In this document: positions 7,284 through 15,565 of the stretch, piece after piece
How the letters are laid out: each line of letters opens with the position of its first letter
Numbering within the stretch: position 1 is the stretch's first letter
DNA from: an uncultured Chryseobacterium sp.
Lineage (GTDB): Bacteria > Bacteroidota > Bacteroidia > Flavobacteriales_F > PHOS-HE28
NCBI GenBank assembly: GCA_964517255.1
Contig: CAZFBP010000001.1
Coordinates: 1 to 36,363 of the forward strand
Reading direction: 5' to 3'
DNA: 36,363 nt
The notes under the pieces: generated by a model
Database searches by the model: none
Told to the model about the DNA's origin: nothing
The model's input: only the letters and a program-made list of their open reading frames with translations
Translations under genes and position numbers: made by a program

Positions 7284-8407
7284 CATCGTCCGTGATCAAC
7301 GACGCGTTGCCCAAACTCACCTGGCGCTGGGTCATCATCCTGAGCTCATTGCTCATCGCATTGGCCATCACCTACGGCGTACTGCATGGCCACAACACGC
7401 GCGCGGGCACCGGCCGCGAGCGCGTCTCGCTGGAGAAGGAGGACGTGGACCTGCTGCGCCGTGTACTGGAGGTGACTGACACCTCGGCTGCTGCGGGCCA
7501 GCCCAGGCTCATGGCCGGGCATCCAGCACGCGAAGCCTTCGTGGGCATCCTCGATACGCGTCTGCCCAAATGGGCGCATGACGATCGCGATGCCAAGCTG
7601 AAGGTGATGGACGCGCTGCGCCCGGCGGATGCATTGAGCTACGTGAGCATCACGCGTTTCGAGGTGCGCAGCTTCTTCTGGCTCACCGGCTGGCCCGCTG
7701 TGATGGAACTGGTGTTCTGGACGCTCTTCGGGTCGTTGTGCAGCCTGCTCTACAACATCTACGACGTGCGGCGGCGCAACGCCATCGAGAATCGTAACAC
7801 GCCCGATGGCGCGGAGCGCGGCTTCGATGCGAGCGAGATGCCCAACCACCTGGCCAAGCTGGTGTTCTCGCCCTTTGTGAGCATCGTGGTCGTCTTCGGC
7901 TACAAGTACATCGCGGAGGGCGGCAGCAAGGGCGTGCTGGAGACGAGCACCGGCGTGGTCATCATGTCCTTCCTCCTCGGCTTCTACAGCGCGCGCGCCA
8001 TGCGCATGCTCGACCGCATCAAGGATGTGCTGCTGCCGTATGACAACAAGCCTTCGGACCCCTCATCCCCGCCGAAACCCGCGAGCCAGGCCTTGGTCTC
8101 CATCGCCCTGAGCCTCGACCCCTCGGTGGTGAGCGCGCATCCGCAGGACGTGGAAGAGATGCAAGCCGAGCTGCGCGGTGCCGCTATGACCTTGACGCCC
8201 GAAGGCGATGGCAAAGCCGCTGCAACCGTGCTCGATGCGGACGAGGAGCGGGCCTGCTTCAGCGCGCAGGTTCGCACAGGGCGGTACTCGGTGAAGGCGC
8301 ATTGCGCATGCACCAACGGCCTGAACCTCGTGGGCGAGTCGGTCATTGAGGTACAGGGCGATGTCACGGTTCCGCTTCCACTAAAGGCCGACGAGACGAA
8401 CGGCTGA
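7280..8407 (+). CDS. Hypothetical 4-TM membrane protein with a beta-rich C-terminal domain
   Basis: ATG at 7280 overlaps the upstream TGA (7281-7283). The TM segments are WRWVIILSSLLIALAITYGVL, FFWLTGWPAVMELVFWTLFGSLCSLLY, LAKLVFSPFVSIVVVFGYKYI and GVVIMSFLLGFYSARAM. The tail (GRYSVKAHCACTNGLNLVGESVIEVQGDVTVPLPLK) resembles Ig/CarboxypepD_reg-like sandwiches. Confidence 0.6.
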   Translation: MTSSVINDALPKLTWRWVIILSSLLIALAITYGVLHGHNTRAGTGRERVSLEKEDVDLLRRVLEVTDTSAAAGQPRLMAGHPAREAFVGILDTRLPKWAHDDRDAKLKVMDALRPADALSYVSITRFEVRSFFWLTGWPAVMELVFWTLFGSLCSLLYNIYDVRRRNAIENRNTPDGAERGFDASEMPNHLAKLVFSPFVSIVVVFGYKYIAEGGSKGVLETSTGVVIMSFLLGFYSARAMRMLDRIKDVLLPYDNKPSDPSSPPKPASQALVSIALSLDPSVVSAHPQDVEEMQAELRGAAMTLTPEGDGKAAATVLDADEERACFSAQVRTGRYSVKAHCACTNGLNLVGESVIEVQGDVTVPLPLKADETNG

Positions 8408-8484
8408 ACGGGCGGCGCATTTGTCGATTGGTCTGAGCCTAATCCGCTCGTGGCCTCCCGGCCGACTCAAGCGATTAATGAGCA

Positions 8485-8506
8485 AAGGCCCCGTTGCCGG
8501 GGCCTT
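8485..8506. terminator. Bidirectional hairpin terminator between convergent operons
   Basis: AAGGCCCCG-TTGC-CGGGGCCTT forms a perfect 9-bp stem. It lies between the stop at 8407 (+) and the stop at 8532 (-). Confidence 0.6.
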
Positions 8507-8531
8507 CGCGTGGTCGATCGCATTCAGTTCC

Positions 8532-11500
8532 TCACGCCAGTGCCGCGCCAGCACTGCCGAGTTCCGTCTTGTCCTCGGCTGCGCGCAGGCGCTCGCGCTT
8601 CTCCGCGCGCTTGTACTTCCACCGGGTGAGCAGCAGGTACATGCTGGGCACAATGGCCAGGGTTAGGAAGGTGGCGAAGCTCAGGCCGAAGATCACGGCC
8701 CAGCTCATGGGGCCCCAGAACACGGTATTGTCGCCGCCGAGGCTGAACTGCGGATCGAGGTGGGTGAAGAGCGTGAAGAAGTTGATGTTGAAGCCGATGG
8801 CCAGCGGGAGGAGGCCCAGCACGGTGGTCACGGCGGTGAGGATCACCGGGCGCAATCGGCGCGCACCGGCCTCCACCACCGCACGGCGCAGCTCCTCGCG
8901 CGGCAGGCGGCCCTCTTCGGCGATGCCCAGCTCGGCCTTGCGGCGGCTGATGAGCAGGTTCATGAAGTCGATGAGCACGATGGCGTTGTTCACCACCACG
9001 CCCGCCAGGCTGATCAGGCCGATCATGGTCATCATGATGATGAAGTCCATGCGGAAGATGATGAGGCCCAGGAGCACGCCGATCAGCGAGAAGAGCACGC
9101 TGGTCATGATGATGGCGGGATTGCTGGCGCTGTTGAACTGCAGCACGATGATGAGGAAGACCAGGAAGACGGCCATGAGCAGCGCGGTGCTGAGGAAGTT
9201 CATCTCCTTGGCCTGCTCCTCCATCTGCCCTGCGAAGACATAGGTGTAGCGCGGGTCCTTGTCGTAGTTGGCCAGGCCGGCCTTGATCTGGCCCACCACC
9301 TCGGTGGGGTTATAGCCCACGAGCAAGTTGCTCTGCACGCTCACCACGCGGTCCAGCTCCTGGCGCTTCACGGCGCTGAAGGTGCTGGTGCGGCCGGCAG
9401 TGGCCACGGCGCTGATGGGCACCTGGCGGATCTGTCCGTTGGTCTGGTCGCGGAAAGTGACGCGCATGTTCATGAGCGCATCGGCATCGTAGCGGTACTC
9501 GTCCTTCAGGCGCAGCACCACGTCGTAATCGTCCTCGCCCTCCTTGAAGGTGCTCACCTCCTTGCCGTAGAGCGCGGTGCGGATGGCGTCGCCGATGGCG
9601 TAGGTGCTCACGTTGAAGCGACGCGCCTTGCTGCGGTCCACCTCCAGGGGCATCTCGGGCTTGCCCTGCTCGATGTCGATCTTCAGTTCCTCCACGCCGC
9701 GCACGCCGAGCTCATCGATGTGCTTCTTCAGGCGCGTGGCCTCGGCGATCATCTCCTCGATGCTGCCGCCGCGGATCTCGATGTTCACGGGCTTGCCCTG
9801 CGGCGGGCCGTCAGCGTTCTTCTCCACGGTCACCACCGCGCCGGGCACCGGGTCGATGCCCTTGCGCAGCTCGTCCATCACGGCGGTGCTGCTGATGCCC
9901 TTGCGGTCGGCGAACTTCACGAAGCTCACCTGGATGCGCGCCTTGTGCGGCGTGGGCAGCAGGCTGGGGCCCTGCGCGGGGTCGCTGGTGCCCTCGCCCA
10001 CCTGCGCGATCACGCTGCTGATGAGGAAGTTCTCCGTGCCGTCCTTGTACCCGGGCTTGTCGAGGATGGCGAGCACCTGCCCCTCGACCACCCGCGCGAT
10101 ACTGTCGGTCTTGGCGATGTCGGTGCCGATGGGCTCCTCGATGTAGATGTTCACGTACTGCGGATCGCCGATGGGGAAGAACTCCACCTTGGGCGGGAAC
10201 ACGCCCATGAGCATGAACGAGAAGATGAGCAGGCCGAATGTGCCCAAGAGGTACCACAGCGGCTTGCGGCCGGTGAGGATGCGGTCGAGTCGGCGCTTGT
10301 ACCACTCCTCGAACTTCGGCCAGGTGCGCTCCTGGAAGCGCTTGGTCTGCGGGAAGAGCCAGTAGAGGTTGAGCAGCACCATCAGGCCTGCAGCGATGAG
10401 CATGTTGCCGATGGTGAACACGGCGACACTGCCGCCGAAATGGCCCGCGAGCGAGAGCACGAGGCCGGGCGCCAGGAAGCGCAGAGCCAGGCGCCACGAC
10501 TTGCGCGATGTCGGCTCATGCTCCTTCACCTTCATGTACAGCGCGGCCAGCACCGGGTTGATGATGATGCCCACGAAGAGCGAGCTGCTGAGCACGATCA
10601 TGAGCGTGATGGGCAGGAACTTCATGAACTCGCCCATGATGCCCGGCCAGAAGAGCAGCGGCAGGAACACGGCCACGGTGGTGGCGGTGCTGCCGATGAT
10701 GGGCCAGGCCACCTCGCCGATGCCGGCCTTCGCGGCGCGCGATGCCGAGTAGCCCTCGCTCATGAGGCGGTAGGTGTTCTCGATCACCACGATGCCGTTG
10801 TCCACGAGCATGCCCAGGGCGAGCACCAGGCTGAAGAGCACCATCATGTTGAGGGTGACGCCGTAGATGTTGAGCAGGAAGATGCTCAGCAGCATGCTCA
10901 TCGGGATGGCGAGGCCCACGAAGAGCGCGTTGCGCAGGCCGAGGAAGAAGAGCAGCACGCCCACCACCAGCACCACGCCGAAGATGATGGAGTTCTCCAG
11001 CTCGTCCACCTGGGTGCGGGTCTGGTCGCTCTGGTCGCCGGTGATGGTGATGGTGAGGTCGCTGGGGAAGCGCGTGGCCTTCATGTGCGCGAGCAGGTGA
11101 TTCACGCTGTCGCTCACCACCAGGAGGTTCTCGCCGGCGCGCTTCAGCACATCGAGCATCACCACGGGCTTGCCGAATTCGCGGGCATAGCTCTTGGGCT
11201 CCTCGTAGGTGAAGTCCACATCGGCGATCTCGCCGATGCGCACGATGTCGAGCTTCTCCTGCTTCACGATGATGGAGCGCACCTGGTCCATGTCGGTGAA
11301 CTGGCCATCGACGGTGACGGTGCGGCGCATGCCGTCGATCAGCACCTCGCCGCCGCTCACGCTCACGTTCTCGCTGCGGATGGCGTTGGCCACGTCATCG
11401 AAGCTCACCTCGCGGCTCTCCATGGCGTGCAGGTCCAGGGCCACGCGCACCTCCTTCTTCGGCACGCCGCGGATATCCACCTTGCTCACGCCGGGCTGGT

Positions 11501-12041
11501 CCTCGATGGCGTCCTCCAATTCCTCCGCCCATTCGTTGAGCTGCTCCAGGCTGTAGTCGCCGCTGAGGTTGATGTACATCACGGGCACGAGCTCGCTGAA
11601 GTTCATCTCGAAGATGTTCGGCTCCGCGGGCAGGTCGTTGGGGAAGTCGGGGTCGCCCATGGCCTTGTCCACGGCGTCCTTCACCTTGCGCAGCGCCTCG
11701 GTGGGCGTCACGTTGAAGTTGAACTTCACCTGGATGTTGCTGTAGCCCTGCACGCTGGTGCTGTTGATCTCATCGACGCCGCTGATGGACTTGATCTCCT
11801 TCTCCAGCGGACGGGTGATGAGCTTCTCCATGTCGTTGGGCGCGTTGCCGGGGTAGGCGGTGCCCACGTAGATCTCCGGCGTGATCACCTCCGGGAAGGC
11901 CTCGCGGGGCATGGCCAGGTAGGCCATGAGGCCGGTGAGGGCGATGAGCACGGTGACCACCAGCACGGTGACCTTGTTGTCCACCGCCCAGCTGCTCCAG
12001 CTGAACTCCTTGTCCTTGTGTGCCATGTTCTGCGTTTCCAT
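8532..12041 (-). CDS. Efflux RND transporter permease subunit (AcrB/CzcA-type)
   Basis: The protein is about 1165 aa. The N-terminus AVDNKVTVLVVTVLIALTGLMAYLAMPREAFPEV is typical of ACR_tran proteins, and the TM/periplasmic-loop architecture is duplicated. It is the last gene after tolC and the MFP. An alternative ATG lies at 12026. Confidence 0.92.
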   Translation of the reverse strand: METQNMAHKDKEFSWSSWAVDNKVTVLVVTVLIALTGLMAYLAMPREAFPEVITPEIYVGTAYPGNAPNDMEKLITRPLEKEIKSISGVDEINSTSVQGYSNIQVKFNFNVTPTEALRKVKDAVDKAMGDPDFPNDLPAEPNIFEMNFSELVPVMYINLSGDYSLEQLNEWAEELEDAIEDQPGVSKVDIRGVPKKEVRVALDLHAMESREVSFDDVANAIRSENVSVSGGEVLIDGMRRTVTVDGQFTDMDQVRSIIVKQEKLDIVRIGEIADVDFTYEEPKSYAREFGKPVVMLDVLKRAGENLLVVSDSVNHLLAHMKATRFPSDLTITITGDQSDQTRTQVDELENSIIFGVVLVVGVLLFFLGLRNALFVGLAIPMSMLLSIFLLNIYGVTLNMMVLFSLVLALGMLVDNGIVVIENTYRLMSEGYSASRAAKAGIGEVAWPIIGSTATTVAVFLPLLFWPGIMGEFMKFLPITLMIVLSSSLFVGIIINPVLAALYMKVKEHEPTSRKSWRLALRFLAPGLVLSLAGHFGGSVAVFTIGNMLIAAGLMVLLNLYWLFPQTKRFQERTWPKFEEWYKRRLDRILTGRKPLWYLLGTFGLLIFSFMLMGVFPPKVEFFPIGDPQYVNIYIEEPIGTDIAKTDSIARVVEGQVLAILDKPGYKDGTENFLISSVIAQVGEGTSDPAQGPSLLPTPHKARIQVSFVKFADRKGISSTAVMDELRKGIDPVPGAVVTVEKNADGPPQGKPVNIEIRGGSIEEMIAEATRLKKHIDELGVRGVEELKIDIEQGKPEMPLEVDRSKARRFNVSTYAIGDAIRTALYGKEVSTFKEGEDDYDVVLRLKDEYRYDADALMNMRVTFRDQTNGQIRQVPISAVATAGRTSTFSAVKRQELDRVVSVQSNLLVGYNPTEVVGQIKAGLANYDKDPRYTYVFAGQMEEQAKEMNFLSTALLMAVFLVFLIIVLQFNSASNPAIIMTSVLFSLIGVLLGLIIFRMDFIIMMTMIGLISLAGVVVNNAIVLIDFMNLLISRRKAELGIAEEGRLPREELRRAVVEAGARRLRPVILTAVTTVLGLLPLAIGFNINFFTLFTHLDPQFSLGGDNTVFWGPMSWAVIFGLSFATFLTLAIVPSMYLLLTRWKYKRAEKRERLRAAEDKTELGSAGAALA

Positions 12042-12053
12042 GCGGAGGTGGGA

Positions 12054-13217
12054 TCAGGCGCCCTTGCGCACGCTCACGTGCTGCTGGTCCACGATCAGGC
12101 GCGCGCCCTCGTCGATGAGGCGCTCGTTCCCTTGCAGGCCACCGGTGCTGTCGCGCGCCACCATCACATTGCCCCGATAGGTCATCAAGGGTTTCACGAA
12201 GCGCTTCTGCGCCACGCCCGTGCCGTTGCGCTCGTCGAGCACGAACACGTAGCTCTCGCCCTTGCTGTTCTCCATCACCATGCGGCTGGGCAGCACGATG
12301 GCGCCTTCCTGCGCGAGGTCGCGGATGCTCACGCTGGCCAGCTGGTTCGGGCGCAGCCTGACGCCATCGGGCGCTTTCAGCGAGACCTTGAAGGTGCGGT
12401 TGTTGGGGTTCACGAACTGGCCCACATGCTCCACCGTGGCGGTGAATTCATCCGCGGTGCCGCTCAGGCGCACGGTCACGGGATCACCGCCCTTCACGCT
12501 GTTCAGGTAGGCCTCGGCCACATCGCATTCAATGCTCGCACGGCCCAGGGCCACCACGCGCGCCACTGGCATCAGCGGGTTGGCCATGTCGCCCACGTTT
12601 GGGAAGATCTCGTCCACCACGCCATCGAAGGGCGCCATGATCTGCGCGCTGTTCCACTGCTCGCGCAGCGCGGCGATGCTCGCGTCCAGCGATTCCTTGC
12701 TGCTCCTGGCCTGCAGGTACTGGATCTCGCTGCCGATCTTCTGCTCCCACAATTTGCTCTGGCGCTCGTACACCTCGTTCGCGAGCGTCAGGTTCGCCTC
12801 GAGCTGGTCGATCTGCTTGCTCAGCGCGTCGGTATCGATGTCCACGATGCGCTGGCCCTTGCGCACGTTCATGCCGGGCCTCACCAGGATGGCGCGCACG
12901 GTGCCGCCCAGGGTGGTGTGCAGCAGCGCGTTCTGGTCGGCCTTCACGGTGCCGTGCACCTGCACTTCATGCGCGAAGGCGCCGAGCGCGAGGTCGTGCA
13001 CGGTGACGCTCGTGAGGGCGCGCTGCAAGCTGCTGTCGTTGGCAGCGAGCCAGGCCTGCGCTTCCTTGATCAGCTCGCCGGTGGCGGCATGACTGGCCTT
13101 CAGGCTGTCCAGTTCGGCGCGCTTCTTCCCAAGGTCGTCGGTGGGTGTTGCGGCGCTGCAGGCCGCGAGCAGCGCGGCGATGGCGAGGTATGCGGTCGTG
13201 TTCTTCATCACGTTCAT
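12054..13217 (-). CDS. Efflux RND periplasmic adaptor (membrane fusion protein, HlyD family), lipoprotein
   Basis: A lipobox is present (LAIAALLAAC). It is followed by a coiled-coil segment and a barrel-sandwich motif (IMAPFDGVVDEI). Confidence 0.88.
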   Translation of the reverse strand: MNVMKNTTAYLAIAALLAACSAATPTDDLGKKRAELDSLKASHAATGELIKEAQAWLAANDSSLQRALTSVTVHDLALGAFAHEVQVHGTVKADQNALLHTTLGGTVRAILVRPGMNVRKGQRIVDIDTDALSKQIDQLEANLTLANEVYERQSKLWEQKIGSEIQYLQARSSKESLDASIAALREQWNSAQIMAPFDGVVDEIFPNVGDMANPLMPVARVVALGRASIECDVAEAYLNSVKGGDPVTVRLSGTADEFTATVEHVGQFVNPNNRTFKVSLKAPDGVRLRPNQLASVSIRDLAQEGAIVLPSRMVMENSKGESYVFVLDERNGTGVAQKRFVKPLMTYRGNVMVARDSTGGLQGNERLIDEGARLIVDQQHVSVRKGA

Positions 13218-13277
13218 GTCTTGGATCTTGATCCTTCTGTCTTGTGTCTTGTGCCTTGTGTCTATTGACGGGCGCCT

Positions 13278-14615
13278 TCAGTACAGGTCGAGGGCTTTGC
13301 GCAGGTCGGCGCGCGCCATGAGCAGTTCCACCAAGCGCTGGATATAGGCTTGCTGGGCCACCAGGTAGTTGCCCTGCTCCTGCGTGAGCTCGAAGCTGGC
13401 CGCGCTGCCGTTGGTGAACTTGATGCTGGTGCGGTCGAAGATGCCCTTGGCCAGGGTCATGCTGCGCTCGCTGGTGCGCATGTTGTCGGCCGCGGTGCGC
13501 GCGTTGCTTCGGGCCTGCTCCGACTGGGCGATGAGGCGCTGCTCGGTGGCCGTGCGGTTCACCTCCACCTGCTCCAGCGCGTGCTTCGCCTGCTTCACCT
13601 TGTGGTAGCGGCTGCCGCTGCTGAAGATGGGCACGGTGAGCTTCAGCCCCCATTGCGTGGTGGGATAGAAACCGTAAAGGCCGCCGGGGTCGAAGTCCGG
13701 CCCGTTCCACACCTGCTGGTGCACGAAGTAGCCGCCCAACGACGGCGCCTGCTTCATCTTCTCATTGCGCACGTTCAGGAGCTGCAGATGCAGCAGCGTG
13801 TTGGCCAGTTTCACCTCCACGTGCGTGCCGGCATCGAAGCCGGTCTCGCTCAAGGCCGTCTCGTTCGGATCATTGAGGATGCCCTCCAGCTTATCCGTGA
13901 GCATGAGGGGGGTGCCTTGCGGGATGCCCAGCGTGAGGGCCAGCAGCATGCGCGCCACATCGGCCTGCTGCGCGAAGCTGCGCTGCTGCGCACGCGCCTG
14001 CTCCAGCTGGATCTGGATGCGGTCCACATCGGTCTGCTCGATGAAGCCCGCGGCCTTCATGGCCTCGGCCTCGCGCAAGGTGCGCTCCAGCAGGGGCACG
14101 CCTTCCGCGGCGAGGCGCGCGCCCTCTGCGGCGGCCAACGCGCCGAAGTAGGCCTTGGCGGCCTGGTTGCGCGCATCGGCGCGCGACTTCTCCAATTCGA
14201 TGCGGCTCTGCTCGGCGAGGCCCTTGGTGGCCTGCAGGCCCACGAGGTAACTGCCGTCGAAGAGCAGCTGCGAGAGCGTGACGCCGCCGGTGACGTTCCA
14301 GGGCACGGCGAAGCTCGCGGGGTAGTACTCCGGCACGCCAGGCCCGGGCGGCGTGAAGAAGTTGGGCACCAGGCTCGTGGGCACGTCGATGAAGTTGCTC
14401 ATGCCGCCCTCGCCGTTGATCTGCGGCAGGCCGATGGCGGTGATCTCCTTCACGCGGTGCCGCATCTTCTCGGCTTCCAGCTCGCTGGCCTGCACGGCGT
14501 AACTCTGCTGCGCGGCCATGTCCAGGGCCTGCTGCAGGCTCAGGCTCACGGGGCCTTGCGCGTGCGAGCCTGCGCTGAGCGCAAGGCTGCATAGGGCGAT
14601 GACGGTCTTCTTCAT
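13278..14615 (-). CDS. TolC-family outer membrane efflux protein
   Basis: The internal ATG at 14615 gives the signal peptide MKKTVIALCSLALSAGSHAQ. The helical/beta OEP halves are duplicated. The start overlaps the tetR stop (ATGA at 14612-14615). Confidence 0.85.
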   Translation of the reverse strand: MKKTVIALCSLALSAGSHAQGPVSLSLQQALDMAAQQSYAVQASELEAEKMRHRVKEITAIGLPQINGEGGMSNFIDVPTSLVPNFFTPPGPGVPEYYPASFAVPWNVTGGVTLSQLLFDGSYLVGLQATKGLAEQSRIELEKSRADARNQAAKAYFGALAAAEGARLAAEGVPLLERTLREAEAMKAAGFIEQTDVDRIQIQLEQARAQQRSFAQQADVARMLLALTLGIPQGTPLMLTDKLEGILNDPNETALSETGFDAGTHVEVKLANTLLHLQLLNVRNEKMKQAPSLGGYFVHQQVWNGPDFDPGGLYGFYPTTQWGLKLTVPIFSSGSRYHKVKQAKHALEQVEVNRTATEQRLIAQSEQARSNARTAADNMRTSERSMTLAKGIFDRTSIKFTNGSAASFELTQEQGNYLVAQQAYIQRLVELLMARADLRKALDLY

Positions 14616-15229
14616 GCGTTGCGCTCTTTCTTCGCTTTCTTCTCCAAATAGGTCACGCCCTTCTTGCTGGCGATGCCGCGGATGTGGTACTCGAAGTGCT
14701 TCCACAGCGCGTCGCTCAGGTTGAATTGGTCGGGGGGGAAGACCCGGCCGTCCCAGGTGGAATCGATGCGGGCGATGTAGAGCCGTGTGATCACCTCCAC
14801 GTCCAGGTCGCCGCGGTAGAGCCCCTGCCCGATGCCCTTGCGCAGGTTCTTGCTCACACAGCTGTACACGTCCTCGCGCTCACGCTGCTCCATGATCGTC
14901 CACGCCTTGGGGTGGTACTTCTGCAGATCGAACTGCACGCTGGGGTGCATGTTGCCGATCTGGCCCACGATGAACTTGGTGATCTCCTCGTTCTCGTCGA
15001 TGGCGTTGAGGCCGCGCGTGCAGATGGCGTTGATGGCGTCGCGATGGAAGCCGCACACACTGGCCACCACCTGCTCCACCAGGTCGTTCTTGTCGCTGAA
15101 GTGCTCGTAGAGCGTCTTCTTGCTGATGTGCAGGTGCGTGGCCACGTCGTCCATGGTCATGCTCTTGATGCCCAGGCGCATGAAGAGCCTCAGGGCCTGC
15201 TCCAGGATCTCTTTCTTCTTCGGGCCCAT
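14612..15229 (-). CDS. TetR/AcrR-family transcriptional regulator, first cistron of the efflux operon
   Basis: An N-terminal HTH is present (ILEQALRLFMRLGIKSMTMDDVATHLHISKKTLYEHFSDKNDLV). Confidence 0.9.
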   Translation of the reverse strand: MGPKKKEILEQALRLFMRLGIKSMTMDDVATHLHISKKTLYEHFSDKNDLVEQVVASVCGFHRDAINAICTRGLNAIDENEEITKFIVGQIGNMHPSVQFDLQKYHPKAWTIMEQREREDVYSCVSKNLRKGIGQGLYRGDLDVEVITRLYIARIDSTWDGRVFPPDQFNLSDALWKHFEYHIRGIASKKGVTYLEKKAKKERNA

Positions 15230-15270
15230 CGCTGCCTGACGGATTCAGCCTGCCTTCGACAAGCGGGGCG

Positions 15271-15278
15271 CAAACGTA
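15271..15278 (-). promoter_or_regulatory. Candidate Bacteroidota -7 promoter box (TAcgTTTG on the minus strand) for the tetR efflux operon
   Basis: Exact match to TAnnTTTG, 42 nt upstream of the tetR ATG (15229). Confidence 0.35.
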
Positions 15279-15305
15279 GTACACGGAGGAAACGCAATGC
15301 TACAG

Positions 15306-15315
15306 GAAACGTTTC
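15306..15315. promoter_or_regulatory. 10-bp perfect palindrome GAAACGTTTC; candidate TetR operator
   Basis: The palindrome lies about 77 nt upstream of tetR. AGGAAACG occurs twice as a direct repeat (15287-15294 and 15304-15311). Confidence 0.3.
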
Positions 15316-15565
15316 TGGTGTGATGAGTGGTTATTCGTGGGGATGAGCGTCGGGCCATGGTGCCGCCGTCAGCCACAACCCTCGATCCGCCGAATGCGCA
15401 AGCGTGACGTGGATGGCGTGCCGATCCTTCTCCATCTGGCGGCGCTTGTGATTGGCCAGGAGGAGCCTCGAACGCCACGCCGACCAGCCCCCGCGCGCAT
15501 CGGCGAGCTTCATCGCCGGGCATGGCACGCGCCTCGAGCCGTGCTCGCAGAGGTCGTGAGCGCGC

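Noticed and set aside
682-7286. A series of long minus-strand ORFs (682..2016, 2341..3354, 4149..5753, 5985..7286) opposite the accessory cluster
   Set aside because: Each is antisense to a plus-strand gene with recognisable motifs, TM helices or signal peptides. The minus-strand translations are Arg/Ala/Gly/His-rich with no structure. I also considered that the cluster might be encoded on the minus strand, but the ATGA couplings and motifs all lie on the plus strand.
1723-8407. Reading the accessory cluster as a prophage lysis cassette
   Set aside because: Only the amidase looks phage-like. There are no terminase, capsid, tail, integrase or repressor genes anywhere in the window, and the neighbouring genes are large hydrolases rather than holin/spanin-sized ORFs. 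A prophage lying upstream of position 1 cannot be excluded.
8760-13268. A 1502-aa plus-strand ORF spanning the RND and MFP genes
   Set aside because: It is antisense to two genes with unmistakable family signatures. Its translation is low-complexity His/Asp/Glu/Ala/Gly/Leu-rich with no motifs. Long stop-free antisense frames are expected when the sense strand has strong G/C third-position bias.
15331-15513. A 60-codon minus-strand ORF in the lspA-tetR gap
   Set aside because: It has GC3-rich codons, but that is true of many frames here. It has no motif, TM segment or obvious promoter, so I cannot support it as a gene. I kept it only as a note inside the intergenic-gap finding.
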